Part shown: positions 1 to 11,033 of the stretch, one piece after another
Position numbering within the stretch: the first letter of the stretch is position 1
Layout: every line of letters starts with the position of its first letter
From: Blepharisma stoltei ATCC 30299
Taxonomy: Eukaryota > Protista > Ciliophora
DNA: 64,000 nucleotides
Reading direction: 5' to 3'
Assembly (NCBI GenBank): GCA_965603825.1
Contig: CBFDEM010000004.1
Location: 62,001 to 126,000, forward strand
Notes under the pieces: generated by a model
The model's input: the letters and a program-made list of their open reading frames with translations, nothing else
Database searches by the model: none
Told to the model about the DNA's origin: nothing
Position numbers and translations under genes: made by a program

Positions 1-2025
1 ATTTGTCTCGATTTTTCGATATCATAAATAATCTGTTTATAATATGATGCTAAAAGAACCAAGGATTCTTTTGAATTAGGAAATTTTATGCATATTTGGC
101 TATATTTCGTATTTAAATTAGAAATACTTTTGTTTATGGAATTCAAGTCTGTTTTTAGCTTTTTTAAGCTTGGTTTAGCTAGGGTAATCTCGTTTCAAAA
201 TTTAAATAAATTGATACATAATTGTTTATCTGCTTTTTTTATTATGTGAAATTGCAAAAAATAATCTGAAAACTGAGAGCTTTGAGAAGAACAAGCATTT
301 GAGATATTTTTCTTACATAAATATTCTTGATAGTTTGCTTCGAGACTAAAATCAAAAATATTTTTGGTTTTATTTAGCTTAATTTTAGCTAAAGATTCAT
401 CTTGCAATGTAAATAAGCAATAATTTGCTGCTCATATCGCTTGAAGTTTGTTTCCGTCTAGCTTTTTTTCTATATAGAAATTCTCAAATATTTGGATTAT
501 TTCGTCTTTATGCTTAGTATCATTTGAGCACAATGCATGTCTGATGCTTTTTTCTAATTCATATTGAGAATTTATTCCCAATAAAATTTTCAGTATATAG
601 TTGCTTACTTTTCTTTGAAATTTAAGTGAAAATTGAATAATAAAAATTGCTAATAGCGGCCCTAAAATAAATGCTAGTAAAGAAATAGCCAATGAATTAT
701 CCATAAGACGCCCTAAAAGAAAAATAAAGGAAGCTAAAGCAATAAAAAACAGTCTAAGAATTATAACTATATTGCAAAAAATGAATAATAAGGCAAAAGC
801 GTTAAGACTTCTTTTATTAAAGTGGCTGGGAAAATAAATGCTAAAATGTGCAAATACAATATGTGATTTTCAGCTAGGATTGCATAAGCAATTGGAAAAG
901 AAAAGCTAAATAGTAATAGATGAGCGTCAATCTTTGAATGTGCCTTTGCTTTTAATGTCTTTTTGCTTGCAGAATGTCTAATTTCGGCTAAGAATTCAAT
1001 ATAAAGTAGCATCATTGCAAATGAAATTATTATTGCAAGCATAATTGTGGTTTTTCAAAAATAATTTACTTCAAAATCAGATTAGTTTAGATTAGATTAG
1101 AACTCAATCTACGTCTTTATGACAGAAATTTTATATGCTTATCAATCAGAAGGCACAATTTCTTATTCCGCAGAGGTCATTGGGGACTCTGAATATGCTT
1201 CTTATATTTTTGCAACGAAATCCTGAAATATATTTGGGATATTCCATCTTGATTTGCCATCACCATTTTTAAATTAAAACTTTATTTATAGATGGAGTTT
1301 AAATAATGCAAAATAAAGACACCATTACAGTTTTATAATTCTAAAATTCAAACCGCCTCAGTCGAATAAGATTTTTAATATTTAAAATGCTAATTTGAAA
1401 AAATGAATTTGTCTTGTTGTCCAAAAATGTAAAGCAAAGGTTTCATTATCATTTATCAATTTTTTAATTCATATTTCCAATTAAATTGCCCCAAGGAATA
1501 GGAGTCTTAATATTTAAGATTGTAATGGTAAATCAAGATGTTGAATAGTGAAAAATATGAATCAGTGGGCGAGTCCAAAAAGGGTATAATAAAGGTACCA
1601 TTATTATTTATTAATTATTTAAATTTCTAAGAATAATAAATAAAGATAACCAATATGATCGTACTTATAAAGCTAGCATAAGTAAATATAAACAATAAAT
1701 AAAAACATTCATCAATCATTCCTAATTCTGAGCAAATACTATCAAATTTGGAGAATCCAATAACTTCTCATATAGTATTATTATTGTTTCAATTAGCAAT
1801 TGGCATATCAGGAACTCATAATAGGCTTATAGTTTGAAGGCATCATATTGTAGCCTCTATCGCTACTAAAATTTGTTGACTTACAACAGAATTTACTTGA
1901 TTGTCGTTAATATTGAAGAGCTGCCAATAAAACTCAAAAATCGAATTCTTGATTGATTTTTCTTTTTCAATTTTTCATAGCTTATGACTTGAATTTTGAG
2001 ATTTTTCGGTTTTTGCTTCAGCCAT
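1..2025 (-). pseudogene. Copy 0: TmcB/TmcC-like PAS membrane protein, 5' part only (runs off window), disrupted by a ~545-bp foreign segment
   Basis: ATG at 2025 (MAEAKTEKSQ...IEATIWCLQ...VPDMPI with UGA=W). Homology to paralog C stops at ~1628 and resumes at ~1082 (SDFEVNYFW...AEIRHS...KAHSKID...DNSL...LQAIW...DESLAKIKL). Confidence 0.8.
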
Positions 2026-2579
2026 AAAATAAAATATATATGCTGGTATTTTACCTAAATATTAAGGAAAAGTATTTTCTATAAATGATCGTGCTAATGA
2101 AATCATAACTAATAAAAATTAATTCAAAATAATGAGTGAGTTAAAATTTCTTAAGTTAAGTAAGATAAATTTTTTAATTTTATATTTTTATGGAATTATA
2201 AATAATTAAGATAGATCCCCATATTGCTTGATACTTATAGCAATACTTTAGATTGCTTATAGCTTAGAGGGAAAGCTCAAAAATACAAAATTTTTTATAC
2301 AAGAAGACATATAAAAATCATTTATATGAAGTTTATTTTTAAAAGTTAGAAAACTCAATAAAAATATAGACATCATTTTCCAAAACTTAGTTAGTTTGTC
2401 AGTGATTATATTATATTTATATACGATATGGTTAGAGATTTTTTTGTTTAAATTATTGATTATTAAAAAATAATTACTAACCATATTCTATCAGCAAATT
2501 TAATATAGATAATCTCACAGCTATCATTATTCCCTTAATATCATTTTCAGCTTGCGTTTAATTTTTTTATTTCAGATAT

Positions 2580-3612
2580 TTTGAGGCAGCGCCAATGAAA
2601 TCAAAAGGCTGAATTTTTATCGCCGACTCTTGGCAAAAATTTAAATCCGAAGCTCAGATTTCACTCGGAAAAATATTCCTGATTGCCAAAGAAACTAACT
2701 TCTGGAACTGCTAGGATACCCCTTATCAACTCTATTTTCTATTCTGAAATGAATTTAACTGATCAGAGAATACCGCACTTCAACTTCTCAACAAAAACTT
2801 ACTGGATGCACATATTTAGCACCAGCTGCTTTTTTTAAAGTTCTAGCTCTGTGAGTCAGTCAAAGAGCAAAAATAGATTCGCCTTGCCATTTTAGTTTAT
2901 ATTCTGAAAAACAAGTATTTGTCAATTTTATCTATACGCTGGTATAAAACTTATAGGCATCCATGAAATCAACCCAAAGTTGAGCATCCAGAATTCTATA
3001 GCCTTCTATATACAAGCTTTTGTTTGGGATTTTAATTTTTATTAATTCATTTCATTATTCAAAAAGAGGGATTAGGCCTAAAACTAGTAAGATAAAGGGA
3101 AATTCTGTCATTTAAAATAGTTCAACGTGTGGGCGGAGATACCTCACTCTACACATGTCTCTTCGTTGCAGCAATAGCCTATAGGACATTGTGAGCCATC
3201 TTTGCAGCCTAAGTAGGGGCTAGCTTGAATGCATAACTCTTTTAATTGTAAATTTTTACAATAGTATCCAGCATCACAGCAAGTTATATTCGCTACTTTT
3301 ATGCATCCTACTGTTTTGCTTGAGGAATTGCTCTTGATGAAAATATTCAAATTTTATATTTTGACTGGTTTTATTCTTTCCCCTGACAAATCTTCATTTG
3401 TATATAAGCCTTCCAGGTAAATTCATGCATTTACAAGACTTATATATGAAAAAGCTTGTATCACTGCGTGAATCTTTTCCTTTGCAATTCTCGAGACTTC
3501 AGCCTTGAAGCAAATATTGTTTTTGCTTTTCTATCTGCACACTCGATTCTTTTACAGTAGCCGTTTCTTAAACTGTCTACAAGAAAAGCTGTAAAAGTAG
3601 ATTAATAAACAT
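2580..3612 (-). pseudogene. Degraded Cys-rich (probably secreted/surface) protein gene
   Basis: Core ORF 3144-3350 has CCDAGYYC...C...GCKDGSQCPIGYCCNEETCVE. Flanking frames give further Cys-containing segments (GYCKRIECAD, NICFKAE) broken by frameshifts and TAA/TAG. Boundaries are approximate. Confidence 0.45.
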
Positions 3613-3954
3613 AATTTATTACAAATAGTTAATTACAAACCAGTTAGAACTATGCTTAGGCTGAGCTGATTTTCAACGCAATACTATCTGATGTATTTTG
3701 GCAATTTATTTTTTAGTATCTAAATAAAATGATTTATTAATTAAGAGTTTCTTCTATGAAAGTAAAAATAGACCTAATATGCCTTGATTATTAAAACAAC
3801 TTCGCGATTTTGAATGATATTTGAAAGTAAATTATTGCAAACATCAATTTATGCCTATTTTTATGTGTCTAATAGCTTTTCATGAACCTATTATTTGAAA
3901 TAGTTGAGCAAATTATTAATCAAAAGTCTATTCTTTGCCACTATAATAAATAAA

Positions 3955-4424
3955 ATGAGCTTCTGGAGTATTTTTCAAAATTTTAGCATTCAAAATATTT
4001 TTAAAAAGGCAGAGCTTGAATCTAATTCCAATACAAATCGAAAAAAGGATGCGATTACGAATATAAATACCATTTAGCTGTTATGAGGGAAATAAAAAAA
4101 TACAAAAAGTATGACCTGCAGAGCTTAAGTGATTCTGATATCTAAATAATCACAGAAGAGATCTATTCAATCGCGAAAGAATCTGGAAAAATGTATTTTG
4201 GATCTGATATGTTCTATGATGAATTTATGGAAATAAAGAGAGTGCTGTTATTGCAAGATAGCAGAATTAGAAAAGCACTTGATCGTCTAATTGGTGAAAA
4301 GAAAGAGATTTTTAGGTTCAAAGGGTTGTTTGAATTAGATCATCTTAGACTACTTGCTGACTCACAAGTTAACTTGGTAAGTCTTCCGCGTCTAAAAAAG
4401 CTGCATGGGAGTAGATATCCTTAA
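3955..4424 (+). pseudogene. Hypothetical protein, frameshifted and with an internal TAA
   Basis: ATG at 3955 (MSFWSIFQNF...), a frame change near 4045, TAA near 4143, then ORF 4191-4424. Coding-like composition but no recognised motif. Confidence 0.35.
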
Positions 4425-4944
4425 TATGCAATTAAAATAAAATCTAATTTCTATTGCTAATGTAAGTTTTCTATTAATTTGTTTTTAGTTTTATAATTAA
4501 CGATACTAAATACTCACTTTTAACTAATTCTACTCAAGCTTTTTCCATATCAATATATTAAATTGACTATGGATTATGCATCAAGATTTTCAATAATGCT
4601 ATTGCATGCCCATTAAATTTATGACTGATTAGTACAGATTAGGCATTAAATATATGAATCTATTAGTAAAGTTTTTATACTTTTAAACAGCAATTGAGTC
4701 TCAGGACACAAAGTTTCCAAATATCTAAATTTCTATAGATGCTTGAGTTTATAATAAATGCATTTGAATAAATATAGTGTCTTGAGGACTTCATTGATCC
4801 CGTAGGCATGTTGCAAGGCAATCCATAATGAAAAATATCTTATATTTGCTTATTCTCATCTGTCACATAAAGCGGCAATATCCTTTTTTCGTTTTATACA
4901 GAAGCTCCCCTCTGACGTCGTTGGACACCAAATATTTCTAGTCT

Positions 4945-5545
4945 TAAAAGCAAGATTAAAAATAGAAATTAACATAAATATTATTATTAGTTTTGATAAT
5001 TATGCAATAAATCTAAATATTTTTTGACCATAATTGCATAATTAAAAAATATATTTCTTTTTTGATAGATAATTGCATGATAAAATTTATTAGATTTTAT
5101 AAGTTCTAGTAAAAATTGCTGCTATTGTAATAACTATTTAAGTTAATTTCTTAACTATTTTATTAATATTCATAGGAATTTAAAATTTTGAAAGGTTGGC
5201 CATTATAGTTTAAATTATCATTTGTGTATTATCATTATAAACAAATATTTACAAATGCTTTAAGTAATATCAATTATATTTAATAATTAATAAATAAAAT
5301 TAGAATTCAGGCTTAAAAATTAGCATTATATTTCTGCTAAAAATTTTTTAAATAAATTAGCCTTTCTTAATATTTGATTAATGACTAAAGTAAAATCTGT
5401 TACATTGAAACAAAAGTTCTGATAGAGAAAAAATGAAAATCAGTGAAGAGCTCGATTTTCGAATATTTTTGCCAGCTCTTTCCTAGATATGCTTATCAAG
5501 AAAATTCTCTTCTGAAACAAAAATTAGTATTAGCAATTGAAGGTA
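4945..5545 (+). repeat. Direct partial duplicate of the upstream region and first ~55 codons of copy A (5' gene fragment starting ATG 5381)
   Basis: 4945-5545 aligns by eye to ~5835-6385 (aaagcaagattaaaaatagaaattaa ... atgactaaagtaaaatctgttacattgaaacaaaa ... tagcaattgaaggta). It has an in-frame TAG early and ends abruptly. Confidence 0.85.
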
Positions 5546-6219
5546 TGCCATTGAGCTGATACAAGTAACAAAAATATTTTGTTTAAAGAATTCAACCAAT
5601 CTATTTTAGTACCAAAATATCTTTAGGCAAATTTTAGCAAAAAACTACTCTTATAGTGTCAAATTAAAATTGAAGGAAGTTGTTTGAGAAATAACATTAA
5701 AGTAAACTAATTATTATGAAATTAATCTCTATATTTCAATATTCTTAACAAAATTTACTTTGAGACGAGATTATTATAAATCTATTAAAAATTTTGAATT
5801 TTCAAATAGTATGCTTTTTATACAACTCGCCTTAAAAAAGCAAGATTAAAAATAGAAATTAATGTAAAAATTATTAGTAATTTGATATTTTTGCAATAAA
5901 TCCTAAATAATTTTTAGCCATAATTACAAATTAAAAAATATATTTCTTTTTTGGAAGATAATTACATCATAAATTTTAACTATTTAAGTTAATCTCTTAA
6001 AGTATTTTAATAATATTTATTGGAGTTTAAAATTGTGAAAAGCTAATCCATTATAGGTTTAAATTATCCTTGTGCACACTCACTCTAAATAAATATTACA
6101 ATTGCTTCAAATAATATCAATTATATTTAATATTTAATTAAATCCAGGCTTAAAAAGTAGCGATTATATTTCTGCTTAAGAATTATTAAATAAATTAGCC
6201 TCTCTTAATATATTAATTA

Positions 6220-9200
6220 ATGACTGAAGTAAAATCTGTTACATTGAAACAAAAATTCTGAAAGAGAAAAAAAGAAAAATCATTGAAGAGCTCGATTTTC
6301 GAATATTTTTGCCAGCTCTTTCCTGGAAATGCTTATCAAGAAGATTCTATTCTGAAACAAAAATTAGTATTAGCAATTGAAGGTACAATTTGGTGCCTCC
6401 AAATTATAAGTTTACTATGAGTTCCAGATCTCCCAATAAAAAATTGAAGTAAAAATAACACACTATGAAAAATCATAGGCTATTTGAAATTTGACAATGC
6501 TTGCTCTGCAGCAGGGATAATTGAGGAATGCTTTTTAGCAATTATAATATTTACTTATACAAGTTTTATAATCATTGCTATCTCTATTATTGCTATTTAC
6601 TATTCCTATAGCTTACCTTCTTATGCCTTCAAAGTTTTTCGTGGATTTATTTACATTTGAGCAAATTTTTTTTTAGTACCTACTGTTGAGCTATTATCAA
6701 TTTTTCTTAAATATAATTTTTTGCCCCATGATAAAATCTCAGAATACGACACAGATGGGCAACTATCTGATTTTTACGTAAACTTTGGATGTAAAATAGT
6801 AATTATTGTCGGATTGATGATTGGGTTTGTGATGATTTTATTCTATACTGAATTCGCAGCAGAAATTAGACATTCTGAAATTAAAACAACACTAAATGCA
6901 AAAGCGCACTCAAAGATTGATTACCATATAGCAATTTTTACTTATTTTTTCCCAATTACTTATGCAGTATTTGCAGAAAATTACATAATTTATTTACAAA
7001 TTTCAGCAATCATATTTTCGGGATTTTTGATAAAAGAAGCAATCATATTTTTGCCTTATTTTTCATATTTTGGCAATACCACCATTATTCTTAAATTATC
7101 TTGTATTGTCGTAATTTCCTTTATTTTTATTTTAGGAAGTCTCATGGACAACTCATTGGCAATTTCCATACTAGCAGTTTTTATAGTACCGTCATTAGCA
7201 ATATTTATTGTCCAATTTTCGTGCAAACTGCAAATAAAAAGCAGCAAAATCATACCTAAGGACTTAAAATGCATAGATTCTCAATATGAGCTAGAAAAAT
7301 CTGTACGACATGAAATGTGCTCAGGAAATATTGAGTATAAGGATGAAATAATCCAAATTTTTGAAAATTTTTTTATAGAGAAAAGATTAAACGGAAGCAA
7401 ACTCCAAGCTATATGGGCAGCAAATTACTGCTTTTATACGCTGAAAGATGAGTCTCTAGCTAAAATTAAACTTGCTAAAAGTAAAATATTTCTGATTCTG
7501 GCTTAGAAGCCAATTATCAAGAATATTTATGCAACAAAAATATTTCAGTAGCTTCTAATTCAAATATTAGTCAATTTTCAAACTATTTCGCAGAATTCTA
7601 TTGGGTTAAAAAGGAAGACAAAAAACTATGCGTCAGCTTATTTAATTTTTGAAACGAAATTACTTCATCAAAACCTGACCTTAAAACATTGAAAAACGAT
7701 ATGAAGGGCATAGACAGTGAAATTTTTGATTTAAATGCCAAATATAACCAATTATACATAAATTTTCCAAACTCTCGAGAGTCCTTATATCTTTATTCAT
7801 CATATACTAGCAACATCACTTATGAAATTGAAAAATCGAATTTAATTGAAGTAAAGTTAAGGGCCCTTGAAAGAAATCTGTCAAATCCTCTCAATGATTT
7901 AAATAATTTCAGCTGATTTAACGAGAGCAATGGCATCTTGATAATTTCAAACGAAACTGACAATTTTGGAGAAATCCTTTATGCCAGCCAAAAATCTGCA
8001 GAAATATTTTCTCTCCCTTTAAAAAAAATTATCAGTGACAATTTTTTTAATTTTATTGATCTTTATTATAAAGAAAAAGTCAAAGAAGAAGCCAAGCGAT
8101 TTGTTCAGTTTAGCTCAGTTTCAGAAATGGACTTAATCAAAGGCTTTTTTTAAATGTCCACAATAATTTATTAGAATGTACAGGAAAAGTGTGAGTAACA
8201 GCCATTAATAGTTTTCTCGTAGCAATACTCATATTTAAGCCTAAAGACTATACATATGAAACTGCTCTGATATCTGAAAGCGAAGAAATAATCAGCCATT
8301 CACAAAAGTTTTCTAAATTAGCCAGAAATTCTGATGATAATTTAATAGGATGCAAATTGAAACAATTATTTTTTATTTCAGATGAGTTTAACTTGAAGCC
8401 ACTCGTTCCTTACAGACTAAATCATAGCTTTAATGATGTATTTTTAATCCTATCCCACTATGAAATTTATAATATAAAAATCCCTTATGTTATGCTTATA
8501 AACGACAAAAAAGAAATTGATAAATTGGGCGGTTTAAGCTCTCCTAACCCAGAAAATGATTATTTAAGTGTTGAACATAAAAATTTGTCAGTCAATTTTG
8601 CAGAGTTAGATACTTTTAGAAGCACCAGCTCATTCCAGAGAGAAAGCCAGCCTGAAGAAGATTTAGACTCTAAAATGCTTTTATACTCAGATGAAAAGGC
8701 AACAATTTTAAAATTTCTGAATCAAGTGGCAGTGCAAAGTCACAAATATCAGTCGCTTCTTCCCAAATTAAATTTCTCACCATGGTAAATTCGTCATCAA
8801 GATCAATAAATATTCTTCATCTCGCTTTTGTGCTTTCAGTATTTTTTATATAGATTGTGACTGTTCTCGCTTTAAATATTGCAGTTTTAGCCTATGCTTT
8901 TTCCACTATAAATTTTATCAGTGACATGAGTCTTCCTATAAATATCGGAAATGCCGGAAAAAAATTTCAAAAATTAGCGCTTTTTGCACAAGTTATTTTT
9001 ATAATTTCGACTGCTCCAACCTCTACTCCCCATGCTAAGGAAATACTTGTAGGGGCTTCAGTAGAAAAATATGAAAGAGTTTTAAAAGAATTAGAAAATA
9101 TTTATTCAGGAATTATTTCAAACTCAAAAAGCTGAAACGCCTGTTCTAGTAAGAGTATTTTGGGGGACAAAAACATTTATTTATGAAGCATAGAAGAATA

Positions 9201-10418
9201 TAAATTAAGAAGAAAAGAAAATTTAATTACGGCTATCTCAATGTTCATAAAAATTGTAAAAATTATTTAGGGAAATGAATTCGAGAGGAAATTTTTTAAC
9301 TCCTCTGAATATCCATGAGACGCATATCGATTTTTATTATTTAATGGATATGGAGAAGCGCTCAATTATTGCAATAAATCGCTGATTGATATCATTGACT
9401 GCCAACAATCTATGGTAAGCGATTTTAAATCCCAAATGACTTTTTTTTTGATTTTGGGCCCTGTTGTACTTGCTGTCTGTATTTTATTAATCCTCCCATT
9501 TTATTTCTCAATTTTTAAAATTGAAAATAATCTTTGGAACAATATAAGGAAATATGCTTTTAAGAACTACTCTGAGCTAAAGCAAACAATTTTGGAACGA
9601 TTAAAAGATATCCACTCTCATTCAAAAGCTTTTTTTCTACAGAAAAGCAATCTATGGCAGCTTATTCATTCAAAAGCTACTGGAGATATGCTTGACGAAC
9701 ACTTGTTTACTTAGTAGCTGTAATATTGTTTTGCCTTATAAATACCAATTATCTATATAAAAATTGTTCACAGTATTTAGAAAATCGACCAAAAATAATA
9801 AGAGATTTAATACAGACACAAATTTTGTATACTTCTTTAGGTGTCTGGTCTACTCAGTCGGCTACAGAGATGTTTGGCTATCCATTATGAAGAGCATTTC
9901 CAATAGCATGCCCTTTTCATCATATCAAGCCAGTGATAATGGAAATTATAAACTCAATTGAAAATATGAATTTAGCATTAAGAAATAGTAACCCTTTAAA
10001 ATTGACGACTTTTTTTCTCTCAATTTATTTTATCGCAAAACTTCAGAGTACTTGTTTATGAAAATGCTGAAGAAATAGCTTCAGACTATTTTGCATTTGG
10101 ATTATATTCTGCTCAAAATTATGGGTATTTGAAAACTATATAGAGGCATTTACATTAAATACTTCTGAAGCTTGGATAGTTATTATGGAACTTCTTCAAT
10201 ATATTGATGATTTTTATAGTAGCTCTTTAGATGAGATTGATAAATACTCACAAAGCGCCATTGATAATCAAATGGCAGTTATAGCAGCAGCACTGATTAT
10301 CTTTATTTTTAGCTCATTTGCGGTTTATTTTGGATTTTATTTGCAGTTCTTCAGAAATGAAAAAAAGTATATGAGGAAAATTAATTCGATATTGAAAATT
10401 ATGCCGAGTAAAAAATAA
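6220..10418 (+). pseudogene. Copy A: full-length TmcB/TmcC-like PAS membrane protein gene with five 1-nt deletions and a 35-nt foreign patch
   Basis: ATG 6220 (MTEVKSVTLKQKFW...), TAA 10416-10418. 15-nt introns at 8839-8853 (GTATTTTTTATATAG) and 9256-9270 (GTAAAAATTATTTAG). Frameshifts relative to B near 7485, 8150, 8703, 9633 and 10117; patch at 9992-10026. Confidence 0.8.
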
Positions 10419-11033
10419 ATATATAGAAATTTGATTTAAGATCTTTAATTATAATTGATTTTTGAAATAATTATTTTATTTATAGTTTTTTGAGAAAGAA
10501 TTTATTAAGGAAGGAAAAATAAAACACCAAAATATCAAGGCTCCAAAATGAGTCATAAAAAATTTAATTAGATTAATAAAAATTTGCTATATATATGCCT
10601 TATTTTAAAAGAGAAAAATAATTTGCTGATCCAATATGGCTATTAGGTATTATAAATGATCAATATTTTAAACAAATAAGATCTCTAATTATATAGTATA
10701 TAAAGACGATATGATCGCTGACTACTACTAAGCCTTGGAAAATGATTTAATCTATATTTTTATTGGGTTTTCTATCTTTTAAAATAAATTTCATATAAAA
10801 CATTTTTATTGGACTTTTTATATGGTATTTTGAGCTATTTTTTTAAGTCATAAGCACCCCAGAGGATCATTATACGTATCAAGCAATGCATGCATATCTT
10901 AGTATAGGTGTTAATCTTAATTATTTATAATTTTAACATAAAATAAAAAAATTACTAAGGATTTTTAACTAACTAAATTAAATTAAATCAATTATAATTA
11001 AAGAGATAATCTAAATTAAATTTCTATATAAAT

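Noticed and set aside
2257-2484. 75-aa ORF, and similar intergenic ORFs such as 52908-53207
   Set aside because: Extremely AT-rich low-complexity translation, or an out-of-frame overlap with the 3' end of copy K.
8851-8853. UAG read-through or reassignment at the conserved TAGs in mid-gene
   Set aside because: These TAGs are the 3' ends of 15-nt GT-AG introns (CAG in some paralogs). No TAG or TAA aligns with a conserved residue elsewhere in intact copies.
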